Assembly: GCA_964421635.1 (NCBI GenBank)
Contig: CAYQWZ010000003.1
Coordinates: forward strand, 1,712 to 65,711
Length of the DNA: 64,000 nt
Direction of reading: 5' to 3'
DNA from: an uncultured Candidatus Saccharibacteria bacterium
GTDB lineage: Bacteria; Patescibacteriota; UBA1384; CAILIB01; JAUSJZ01
This document shows, piece after piece, positions 27,680 through 36,202 of this stretch. The translations under genes were made by a program, and so were the position numbers. How positions within the stretch are numbered: position 1 is the first letter of the stretch; the number at the start of each line of letters is the position of its first letter. The notes under the pieces were generated by a model that was given only the letters and a program-made list of their open reading frames with translations, was not told the origin of the DNA and did no database searches.

Positions 27680-29130
27680 AATCCTTTTTTATTATTACTA
27701 ACGATGTTAGTTTTTGCTGCTGTGATATTTCTTTTGTAAGAATCAGCTAGAAAAATAATGTTACGGCTGTTATCTATGGCAAATAAAGTTACATAATGTC
27801 CACCACTAGTAAAATCTCCACTTTTCATTAAGGCGATGACTGGTTTGCCTTGGGCTAGGGCGCTAAGTGATGCTTGCCAACCAGCACTGGTTACTTTTAA
27901 TCCAAACAAACTTCCGACGCTGTTAAGCATTGCGCCACTTGTGCCGCTACCACAAAGTCGCCACCTACCTCTGGTTGATAGTTCAGCAGTAACTCCTGGG
28001 TCAAATTTTCCACCAAATTCTTGATTAATAGAGCTATTAAAGCTGTTTGTTGAAAGAACTCCTCTTTCAACATAATAAGCGATGGCATTAGACAGTGATG
28101 TTGGGCCACAGCCAGAAGAAGAAATATTGGCACCACAACTTACAATGGATGCGTTTGTATTACCTAATTGACCTGCGCTGTTTACACCTTTATAAGGCGT
28201 ATTTGCCCAAGGGCCTTGGTGCTGAGTAAAGCGTGGAAAGTCCGCAAAGGTTCTATAAAAACCATCAGCTTCTTTTGTTGTTCCTCCTTTGTAAACTTTT
28301 CCATTAAAGGTTACGCTATCTGGTATTACAATAGAAGAAGGATTTTGCAGAGGTCTATTTGTAAAGTTAATATTACCTCCAATTTGAGTTAAATCACCAG
28401 TAAAAGCATTTCCTTGATAAACTGTGACGCCTGAAACCTCACAAGCGTATAGGTCGTTATCTACCCCTTGGCAATTCATTCGACTGCGAGCTGCCTGTTC
28501 ATCGCGCGTGCCAGTAAAGGCTAAATCGAGTCTCTTTGTCATATCCTTGCCAGTCGACAACATCGTTTGGTAATAGCGTTCGTTAATATTAGTAGCAGTA
28601 CCAAAGGTATCAATAACAGGAGCTGGTTGGTCGGTGTAACCGGGAATGTGTAGCCAGTAAGCAGTGCCTGTCTGTACTTGTGCACTGTCGCTGGTTTTTA
28701 TTGGCCACTTAGCCCCGTTTTTCCACATTGTTGGGTGATTAACTGCAATGCCACCAACTGCGTAATTATTATTGGAGAAAGCTGAGACTAGCTCGTAGTT
28801 AGCATCGTCTTGATATTTCTTCCGATCTTCATTAGAGAGGCTACAATGATTGATAATTTGTTGAGTAGTTTTATTGCGGTAGGCATAATTTACACCAGAG
28901 AAGGTTCCGCAACCACCCTCTATTTTGTCTGAAACCTTCCACCCAGGAGTATAAAAAGTGACAAAAACTGTTTCATCAGATGAGATAGAACGAAGACCGG
29001 CGCTACTAAATATTCCTCCCGTGTTTAAAAATCTTAGCCACCCAAAAGGGCTGAAAATAAGACCAACAAATATACCGGCAATAGCTATTATTACCATAAA
29101 GACGATAATATATGATAAATATTTGTTCAT
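27658..29130 (-). CDS. Membrane-anchored 3D-domain-like plus peptidase C39-like protein
   Basis: VTFYTP/IAVN/IPGY/VIDTFG/RLDLAF (3D-like); SGCGPTSL...GGHYVTL...LADS (C39 C-H-D triad). Confidence 0.7.
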   Translation of the reverse strand: MNKYLSYIIVFMVIIAIAGIFVGLIFSPFGWLRFLNTGGIFSSAGLRSISSDETVFVTFYTPGWKVSDKIEGGCGTFSGVNYAYRNKTTQQIINHCSLSNEDRKKYQDDANYELVSAFSNNNYAVGGIAVNHPTMWKNGAKWPIKTSDSAQVQTGTAYWLHIPGYTDQPAPVIDTFGTATNINERYYQTMLSTGKDMTKRLDLAFTGTRDEQAARSRMNCQGVDNDLYACEVSGVTVYQGNAFTGDLTQIGGNINFTNRPLQNPSSIVIPDSVTFNGKVYKGGTTKEADGFYRTFADFPRFTQHQGPWANTPYKGVNSAGQLGNTNASIVSCGANISSSGCGPTSLSNAIAYYVERGVLSTNSFNSSINQEFGGKFDPGVTAELSTRGRWRLCGSGTSGAMLNSVGSLFGLKVTSAGWQASLSALAQGKPVIALMKSGDFTSGGHYVTLFAIDNSRNIIFLADSYKRNITAAKTNIVSNNKKGLWIIEPK

Positions 29131-29798
29131 TTTATAAGTGGTGCTCTGTTGCTTCTAACAAATTGAACAGCTGCTTTCTCAGCTTCGGTTGCAGGAAATT
29201 CCATCCAGTTACAACCAGCTCTATCTGCTAGACCATCCCCATCATTAAGAAAGGATGTTATCTGATCTTCTAGCTGACTTTTAGATGGTATTCCGGCATA
29301 AGCCGCATGAATATGTTCGTTTCCACACCAATCCCTTCTTGTTTTACACGAACGATACCAAGCTGCCCACCCTTGAGAGCGCATAGCTCGTACAATCTTT
29401 TCAATATCTCCATGAGATTTGCCACGAACAGATACATCAATAGCAGCTGTGTATGTTGAACCGGGCTCGGCAGCATGGTAGCCATGACTAGCTTTGGCAT
29501 TGCCTCGCCCTTGAATAACTGTCCAGCTCATGCCAGTTAGCTCTACTGCTTTTCTGTAAGCAGATGACGCAACTGGATGCACATGTTTAATTGAACCTTG
29601 ACCATCATTGGCTATTAAAATATCTCCTCCTGTGTACACAACTGGTGTTGAATAATCAGAGCCTTCTCGCGAGCCTAAAAAAGGAACAGCGTTAATTGCT
29701 CCTTGCATGGCCAAACCAAAAGCGGCGCCGCCACCAAAAAGAATTATTATTAGGCCAAAAGCCATAATCCATATTGATGCGTCCCCTCTCTTTTGCAT
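29127..29798 (-). CDS. Membrane-anchored M15/LAS-type Zn peptidase-like protein
   Basis: ASHGYH...AIDVS...EHIH (H/D/HxH arrangement). Confidence 0.6.
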   Translation of the reverse strand: MQKRGDASIWIMAFGLIIILFGGGAAFGLAMQGAINAVPFLGSREGSDYSTPVVYTGGDILIANDGQGSIKHVHPVASSAYRKAVELTGMSWTVIQGRGNAKASHGYHAAEPGSTYTAAIDVSVRGKSHGDIEKIVRAMRSQGWAAWYRSCKTRRDWCGNEHIHAAYAGIPSKSQLEDQITSFLNDGDGLADRAGCNWMEFPATEAEKAAVQFVRSNRAPLIK

Positions 29799-31619
29799 TT
29801 AATTAATGTTTTTGTTGCGCAAGGCTAGCAGCTCTTTAGGGTCAGAAGTAATAATTTGATTCTCTGTGTAGCTGGCAATAACCTTAATAGCTACATGATT
29901 TTGCCCAGCAAAGAATAATCCTTCACCAACATTAGCGTTTAGCAGCAGATATTTTTCTTGTTCCGTCAGGTTAAAAACCTCCGCTACTTTTTCAATAGAA
30001 CTGGAGGATTGCTTAAGTAGAAGCTGCATGGAAGAGTTGGCCACAATTGGTTTGCCGTACTTGTTTTCTAAAAAGTCCTCCACATCTTGCGAAATTATGG
30101 TTAAGCCAAGATAGTACTTGCGGGCGCGTTTGGCTAAACTTTGCAGATATTTGGCGGAATCTTCGTATTGCATCATTAACCAGGCTTCATCAACAATCAT
30201 CAGGCGGCGCTTGAGTTTACCACGAATTACATTCCAAACATAGTTTAAAATAACGAACATAGCGACCGGCCGTAAGGATTCTTCAAGGTCGCGTACTGAG
30301 AAAACGACAAATCCTCCTTTGAGCTCGAAGTTGGTTGGTTGGTTGAATAAACCGGCGAAAGAGCCTTCAGTATATTTAGTTAAGCGTTGAATTAAGCTGT
30401 CGGAGTTACGAATGTTTTGCAGCACAGAAACGAAATCACCTAAAATTGGCGGTTCATTTTTGTGGCTACTTGGGTCTTCGGTGATGTCTTTCAGGGCGTA
30501 AGTTTCTCGTAAGGCGGTGTCGATGATACCGTCCTCTTCAGGGGAGACACCGCCGACCATAATGCGAATTAGACTTGAAAGGGAAGCGATATTAGATTTT
30601 AAGACATCCTCATCTTCGCCCCGCTCATTCTCAATTACTGGCAAATCAAAAGGATTAATTCTTTGCGCTGAACTCAAGGAGATATTCAGGAAAGATCCGC
30701 CGACGGCTTCAGCTAAGCGCTGATACTCGTTTTCTGGGTCAACCACAATGATGTCAGTGCCAAGCATTAAATAGCGAAGTGCTTCGAGTTTAATAGCGAA
30801 AGATTTACCACCACCAGATTTAGCCAGCACAATTGAGTTAGCGTTTTCCAAGTCGAAGCGATCAAACAGAATTAGGGAGTCGTTGTGACGGTTTAATCCG
30901 TAAAGAATTCCTTTGTCTTCTGTCAGTTCAGCAGATGTGAAAGGAAAAGTAGTAGAGAGTGAGCCGGTGTCGAGATTGCGCAAAACCCCCAGCTCGTCGT
31001 GGCCAATTGGCAGGGTCGAGTTGAATCCTTGCTCCATTTGCAGGGTCGATTCCTTAGTGTAAATAAGGGTGCCACCTAAAGCTGACTCCAGCTGGTTCGA
31101 AATTTCTTCCAGATCTTTTAAGGATTTTGAAGAAATGGTGAAATAAAGGGCGAAGTGGAATAGTTTGTTGTGACCTTGAGTCAGTGCATCTCGCATCTCG
31201 TCAATATCTTGCAGGGCGACATCTAATTTAGGGTCGCGCACTAATCCTTTTTCACGCTCAATTTGACGGGTAGATTCCAAGCGGCCAGTCTGCCGTTCTA
31301 ATTTATTTAGTACAGATGAAGTGTCTTGAGGATAAATAAACATAGATATGTCAATGGTGATATCAAAGTTTATTACAGGAGAGAGCCAGTTAGTGTTCAA
31401 GAAACGCGGATAATTATAGACGAACATTGTTTTAGTGTAGGTTTCGCCTAGCTGCAAGTAATTCGGTTTTATTATCATGCCAGAAGGAGAAATAATATCG
31501 CGCACCGAAGTTGTGCCGGCTGAGTAGGCCTGTTTAGCTTGGCGCTGCAAATCTCTCTCAGATGTTGTCTCTTCAGATTTTTTGCGTTTATTGAAACCGA
31601 AAGGTAATTTTAGAGCCAT
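29799..31619 (-). CDS. virB4: VirB4/TraC-like conjugation/T4SS ATPase
   Basis: AKSGGGKS, VDPENEY, INPFD, IVDEAW, RARKY, ISQDVEDF, VGEGLF. Confidence 0.88.
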   Translation of the reverse strand: MALKLPFGFNKRKKSEETTSERDLQRQAKQAYSAGTTSVRDIISPSGMIIKPNYLQLGETYTKTMFVYNYPRFLNTNWLSPVINFDITIDISMFIYPQDTSSVLNKLERQTGRLESTRQIEREKGLVRDPKLDVALQDIDEMRDALTQGHNKLFHFALYFTISSKSLKDLEEISNQLESALGGTLIYTKESTLQMEQGFNSTLPIGHDELGVLRNLDTGSLSTTFPFTSAELTEDKGILYGLNRHNDSLILFDRFDLENANSIVLAKSGGGKSFAIKLEALRYLMLGTDIIVVDPENEYQRLAEAVGGSFLNISLSSAQRINPFDLPVIENERGEDEDVLKSNIASLSSLIRIMVGGVSPEEDGIIDTALRETYALKDITEDPSSHKNEPPILGDFVSVLQNIRNSDSLIQRLTKYTEGSFAGLFNQPTNFELKGGFVVFSVRDLEESLRPVAMFVILNYVWNVIRGKLKRRLMIVDEAWLMMQYEDSAKYLQSLAKRARKYYLGLTIISQDVEDFLENKYGKPIVANSSMQLLLKQSSSSIEKVAEVFNLTEQEKYLLLNANVGEGLFFAGQNHVAIKVIASYTENQIITSDPKELLALRNKNIN

Positions 31620-31621
31620 AA

Positions 31622-32593
31622 TTATTGTGGTTGATTAGGTTGGTTAGGATTAGGATTTGAATCTGGCGCTGCTGGTTCGGTTGGCGCCGTCGGTTCAGTC
31701 GGCTGGACTGGTGGTTCTGGTTCGGCCGGCGCGGTTGGTTTTTCAGCGAACTTCTGTGCTTCCTGAGGAACATCGGCTACTTCAATCTGGCTCATTACGC
31801 TGTCACTAGTCGTATCTAGTTTTATTTCATCCGAGCTGGCATCCAGATGCTGGGCCTCGTTTGGCTGATCGCCAACAATTAACTGTTCTTGTGGGCTAGC
31901 TTCTTTTTGCGAAGTATCTTTTGTAATAATCTGTTCTTTGGAAACAACTTCTGTTTGAATTTTCTCTAAATCAACCAGCCTTTCTGTATCTGAAATATCA
32001 GGATTATAAATGCCGTAGAAAAGCTCAATTAGCTGTTGAGTGTTAAGCGCTTCGATGCGAACGCCGAGCTGTGATAATCCACCCGCTACGGCGTTCGCCT
32101 GAGTGTTAAGCTCATCACGGTAGCGGTTAAAGCTTGACCGGCTAAGTGAAGGGGCAGCCTGTTTTTTGAATAAAGATAGCATTCCGCCAGAAGCGCCTTT
32201 AATAGAGGCACTTCTATAAGTCAAAACAATGAAGTAATGCTTTGACATAATATTGGCTACAGAAACTAGACTACGCATAAAATTGATGTAGTCTTGAGCG
32301 TGAATTTGGAGCAACTCGTTGTCTATCTGTTTTGTATGTCGCTCCATACCAATTAAATAAGGTTCTAAATCTAGCCGTAGCGACTTAATAATTATCTGGA
32401 TTGGAAAATCTAGGCTATTTAAAAATCCTTGATATTTAGCAATTATTGAGTTTTGCTCTAACTCGTTTTTTAAATCAAAGTTAATAGGTAATGCTTTAAG
32501 TACAACCGCTAAAGAGCCATCCTTCAGAATGGCTACACCTTCTTCAATGCCAGCAATGGGCAAATTAATTTGAGGGATATCTTTATTCATCAT
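31622..32593 (-). CDS. TraC/VirB4 N-terminal-like protein with a Pro/Gln-rich tail
   Basis: PINFDLK..EQ....Y..FLNSLDFPIQI, ELFY..YNP; lies between prgI and virB4. Confidence 0.75.
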   Translation of the reverse strand: MMNKDIPQINLPIAGIEEGVAILKDGSLAVVLKALPINFDLKNELEQNSIIAKYQGFLNSLDFPIQIIIKSLRLDLEPYLIGMERHTKQIDNELLQIHAQDYINFMRSLVSVANIMSKHYFIVLTYRSASIKGASGGMLSLFKKQAAPSLSRSSFNRYRDELNTQANAVAGGLSQLGVRIEALNTQQLIELFYGIYNPDISDTERLVDLEKIQTEVVSKEQIITKDTSQKEASPQEQLIVGDQPNEAQHLDASSDEIKLDTTSDSVMSQIEVADVPQEAQKFAEKPTAPAEPEPPVQPTEPTAPTEPAAPDSNPNPNQPNQPQ

Positions 32594-33011
32594 CTAGTTC
32601 TGAATAACCATGACTATCTACCACTTCGGCCACATTAGCTAAATCTTTTTTAGAATATATTTTTTTAGCAACCTTCTTATTACTTTTCTTTTGCGCTTTA
32701 TCGGCTCTGATAATTGGCTTACCTGAGGATTGATACTGTGACCATCCTCGCTCTTTGGGAGTAATAATGTATTTAAACAATGAGGATAAAAACTTAGGCA
32801 TTGGCTCACCCTGAACTTTAATAGCTGCTAGGGCGAAAGCAAAAATACCAATTGCGCCCGCAATAACCATGCCTAAAAATCCGCCAATTTTAATTAGCGC
32901 CAGATAGGCAATTAACCCACCCAAAGCCAAATAACCAAATTGGATAAGCGTAAACTTACCTACAATTCGATCCTCCATATCAAGATTTTGGGGGACTTTA
33001 AACTGTGGCAT
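32583..33011 (-). CDS. prgI: PrgI family protein (VirB3-like)
   Basis: QFKVPQNLDMEDRIVG.FT..QF followed by two TM segments. Confidence 0.85.
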   Translation of the reverse strand: MPQFKVPQNLDMEDRIVGKFTLIQFGYLALGGLIAYLALIKIGGFLGMVIAGAIGIFAFALAAIKVQGEPMPKFLSSLFKYIITPKERGWSQYQSSGKPIIRADKAQKKSNKKVAKKIYSKKDLANVAEVVDSHGYSELDDE

Positions 33012-33097
33012 CTACTCTATTATAGAAGAAAAATCGACTGTTTGGGCAGCCAAAAGAGTGGACAAAATTTGAGGCTTTTTAATATTAAATAATCTTT

Positions 33098-33117
33098 CCT
33101 GCCTGCCGGCAGGCAGG
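33098..33117. repeat. REP-like 20-bp palindrome, copy 1
   Basis: CCTGCCTGCCGGCAGGCAGG, perfect palindrome. Confidence 0.85.
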
Positions 33118-33151
33118 TTGTAATGTAGGGTTTTGTTATAATATTTACACG

Positions 33152-33475
33152 ATGAAGAAAAGAGTCACTAATAATGATTTAGCAAATTCTATTCTAAGAA
33201 TTGAGAAATCTCAAGAAATATTTACCAGAAAGCTAGAAAGTTTTGAGAATAGACTAGAAGGCTTCTCGAGTACACAAGAAAGTTTACTGAGTGCAATTTT
33301 AAATACTAGAAACGAACTTAAGCAAGATCTCAAAGGGACAGAAGCAAGATTAGATAATAAAATTGATACAAAAACTGACGATATTATTGCTTTGCTGCGA
33401 GATTTTATCCATTATTCATCTGCAAAATACGATAATCACGATAATAGAATTACTAAACTTGAAGGAGCAATTTAA
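33152..33475 (+). CDS. Small coiled-coil hypothetical protein
   Basis: Heptad-like LESFENRLE...HDNRITKLE; TATAAT 9 nt upstream. Confidence 0.75.
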   Translation: MKKRVTNNDLANSILRIEKSQEIFTRKLESFENRLEGFSSTQESLLSAILNTRNELKQDLKGTEARLDNKIDTKTDDIIALLRDFIHYSSAKYDNHDNRITKLEGAI

Positions 33476-33502
33476 TGGTATCTTGGTAAAAGGAGGATGC
33501 CG

Positions 33503-33721
33503 ATGTCAGGAACTAACAATCAACCAGCTGAAGCTTGGGTGGCTGAGCGCATTAGGGCTTTTCGAGCTGGTGAGTTGCCAGTCATAGATGAACCTGAGAA
33601 CGAAGGTCTGGCAGGCTGGTATCGAAATGTCGAAGAACCAGCCGCGAGGGCTATCGCTGAAATGGAGGAGGTCGAAGCTCAGGCGACGATCGAAGTCGAG
33701 AATCTGCGTTTCGTGGGCTGA
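33503..33721 (+). CDS. Small acidic hypothetical protein
   Basis: SD AAGGAGG, ATG 33503, terminator 33713-33742. Confidence 0.65.
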   Translation: MSGTNNQPAEAWVAERIRAFRAGELPVIDEPENEGLAGWYRNVEEPAARAIAEMEEVEAQATIEVENLRFVG

Positions 33722-33757
33722 GAGTACCCAGCCCGCTTTTTTATGTTTACAAATTTT

Positions 33758-33846
33758 TGGTGCCGAGGGCCGGACTTGAACCGGCACAGGGTATAAACCC
33801 CAAGGGATTTTAAGTCCCTCGCGTCTACCGATTCCGCCACCCCGGC
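33758..33846 (-). tRNA. tRNA-Leu(TAA)
   Basis: GCCGGGG acceptor, loop CT-TAA-AA, long variable arm, CCA. Confidence 0.95.
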
Positions 33847-33902
33847 ATGTTGGTAATTGGTAACCCGATAAGATTAGCGCAATTACAATAAATTGTCCAC
33901 CT

Positions 33903-34367
33903 TTATTCCAAGACAGTAATGTCTGTTCCTTCTTCTGGTAGGCTAGTTGGTACAACATTCAGTTTATCGACTGGGTCAGTACTTAAACTGAGCTCTTTTT
34001 TAAAATCTTCTAAAGGCAGAGAGCCGAACAGTATTAAACCGGATGGTTCCAAATCTTTGGCGTTCTTGTCAGCCAGCTTGAGCTCTTCTTTTGAGGTTAC
34101 CCGAACAGCCAAAACATCGATATTAGAAAAATTCTCGTTGTCTTTGTCAATTTCGTAAGGACGATCTAAATACATCACCTGTAATCCTTCAATTCCCAAA
34201 ACTGCGGTGCTAATTTTTTCGGGCAATACAATGGCGCTGACCCCGTTGACATCGTACTCACCGGGGCCGGGGACTTCAAAATCTGCAATATGGATTGAGT
34301 CGTTCAGCTCGACGCTAACATCGGCTGTTTTAATAATCAGCGTGTTGTCTTTTCTGCTTATTTTCAT
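33903..34367 (-). CDS. Truncated or degenerate MBL-fold (lactamase_B_3-like) protein
   Basis: GPGEYDVNGV, IDVL and LEP motifs; no HxHxDH metal site seen. Confidence 0.55.
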   Translation of the reverse strand: MKISRKDNTLIIKTADVSVELNDSIHIADFEVPGPGEYDVNGVSAIVLPEKISTAVLGIEGLQVMYLDRPYEIDKDNENFSNIDVLAVRVTSKEELKLADKNAKDLEPSGLILFGSLPLEDFKKELSLSTDPVDKLNVVPTSLPEEGTDITVLE

Positions 34368-34370
34368 AAT

Positions 34371-35705
34371 TTATTTCTTGATCTTCGTAGAGGTTTTTTT
34401 AGCTTTTGCGATAGTCTTATTTTCCTCTTTTTTCACCTTTTTGCCAACTTTTATGATTGGCTTTCGAACAGCTTTCTTCTTGACGGCCTTTTTCTTGTTA
34501 ACCTTGGCTGTTTTTTTGATCACTTTTTTCGTTTTCTTCGTCACCTTAGCTTTCTTGGCCGCTTTGCCTTGATTAGCTTGCTTGAAGCTCAAACCAAGGC
34601 GATGCTTCTTAGGCTCAATAGTTAAAATCTTGAAATTGTATTCCTTTGCTGGAGTAAGGATGTCAGAAGGATCAACTACCTTATCGTCAGATAATTCTGA
34701 GATATGAACTAATCCGTCAATTTCGTCATCAAGTTTTACGAAAACGCCAAACGGAGTGATGCGAGTAACATTGCCCAGCACTATATCTCCTTCTTTGTAG
34801 CGTTTCTCAATCTCTTTCCAAGGGTCAGAAGTTAGGCGCTTCAAAGATAATGAAATGCGATTGTCATCTGTGGAAACGACGATAGCTTTAATTTTGGTGC
34901 CCGGTTTAAACATATCGTCTAAGCTAGAAACGCGACCCCAAGCTACTTCTGAGATATGGACTAATCCTTCTAATTTCTTACCTTCATTTTTTAGCTGTAC
35001 GAAAAGGCCAAAATCAACGATTCCAGAAATGGTACCTTCCATAATGTCGCCAACCTTGATGCCTTTAATTTTCTCTTCCTGCTCTTTGTCGCCGGCTGCT
35101 TTTTCAGAAAAAATCAATTTGCCATTCTTGGGCTCGAAGGATATCACTTTTACGGTCAGGGTTTTGCCAAGCAATTCTTTTAATTTGACGAAGATCTCTT
35201 CGGAATTGCCTCCATCTACTTTAGGATAATGCTTTGATGCCAGCTGAGAAACGGGCAAGAAGCCGGAGAAGTCCCCGTAGTCTACCAGTAACCCGCCTTT
35301 ATTGGCGTCAGAAATTTTAACATCGACAGTCTCATCTTCGTCGTAAGCGGTGGTAAGAGTATTAATCACACGATCGCGGTCAGCTCGGCGAACAGACAAA
35401 ACCATATTGCCTTTGTGATCTTCCAAAGCGACCACAGTGGCGCTCATCTCATCACCAGGAGAAAGACTTTTTGGCAAAGCACTCATCTCGCGTTCTGGAA
35501 TAACACCAATGCTCATGCCGCCGATATCGACATAAATAACTTTTGAAGTGGCGTGAATAACGGTGCCTTCAACAATAGAGCCGATGCGGTGAGGAATCAA
35601 ATCGCCACCTTTCTTCTCTACTAGCTGCGCCATTATTGAGTTGTCTACTGCGACCCCCTCAGTTTTTTTAGCCGGTTTTTTATCTTTAATTGCTTGTTTT
35701 GTCAT
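34371..35705 (-). CDS. rpsA: 30S ribosomal protein S1 (four S1 domains) with a Lys-rich C-terminal tail
   Basis: NKGGL..GFLPVSQL, FGLFV..EGLVHISE, FGVFV..DGLVHISE. Confidence 0.92.
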   Translation of the reverse strand: MTKQAIKDKKPAKKTEGVAVDNSIMAQLVEKKGGDLIPHRIGSIVEGTVIHATSKVIYVDIGGMSIGVIPEREMSALPKSLSPGDEMSATVVALEDHKGNMVLSVRRADRDRVINTLTTAYDEDETVDVKISDANKGGLLVDYGDFSGFLPVSQLASKHYPKVDGGNSEEIFVKLKELLGKTLTVKVISFEPKNGKLIFSEKAAGDKEQEEKIKGIKVGDIMEGTISGIVDFGLFVQLKNEGKKLEGLVHISEVAWGRVSSLDDMFKPGTKIKAIVVSTDDNRISLSLKRLTSDPWKEIEKRYKEGDIVLGNVTRITPFGVFVKLDDEIDGLVHISELSDDKVVDPSDILTPAKEYNFKILTIEPKKHRLGLSFKQANQGKAAKKAKVTKKTKKVIKKTAKVNKKKAVKKKAVRKPIIKVGKKVKKEENKTIAKAKKTSTKIKK

Positions 35706-35892
35706 GATTTAAAAAATCTCTGGTCAAGCCAGAGCATAACAGGCCCAAGGCTTGGATGGTTTTTTACTTTTATTTTTTACCATCCGGCCTTTTTGAAGCC
35801 GGATAATCTAATTAGTACATTAGCGCAAAGTAGTTTTTTTGTAAAGGATTTTGAATATAAATTTAAAAACGACTTGCTTAGCAAGCAAGTCG

Positions 35893-36096
35893 TCAGGAGA
35901 AGGCGCCGCGGCTGTGCCAGCGTTCTTTTCGGGCGCGCGGACTTCCAACAGATGGAACCGGCCGTAAGCGGCCAGAGATTGCCAAAAGGGGCAGAAAGAT
36001 GGCACAAATAACAAGGGCGATCAAGACGAAGACGATTTGCAGCGCGAAGGATCCAACACTTTGAAACGGTCCGACCCGCTTGGTCTCTTCGAGCAT
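35893..36096 (-). CDS. Small single-TM hypothetical protein
   Basis: SD GAAAGGAG, ATG 36096, terminator 35865-35893. Confidence 0.6.
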   Translation of the reverse strand: MLEETKRVGPFQSVGSFALQIVFVLIALVICAIFLPLLAISGRLRPVPSVGSPRARKERWHSRGAFS

Positions 36097-36202
36097 CGAT
36101 ATCTCCTTTCGCTTAAATTATAAATAAATGGTTTAGTCTTGGCAATCCTATCTGCTTCTGATAAATTGAATGCAGATTTAAGTAACTAGTTATTTTTTTG
36201 TT

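Noticed and set aside
15197-33011. Complete ICE or prophage
   Set aside because: No integrase, relaxase, coupling protein or phage structural genes are recognisable; composition resembles the host
33506-33958. 150-aa minus-strand ORF (also 33588..33779)
   Set aside because: Overlaps tRNA-Leu(TAA) and an SD-led plus-strand gene
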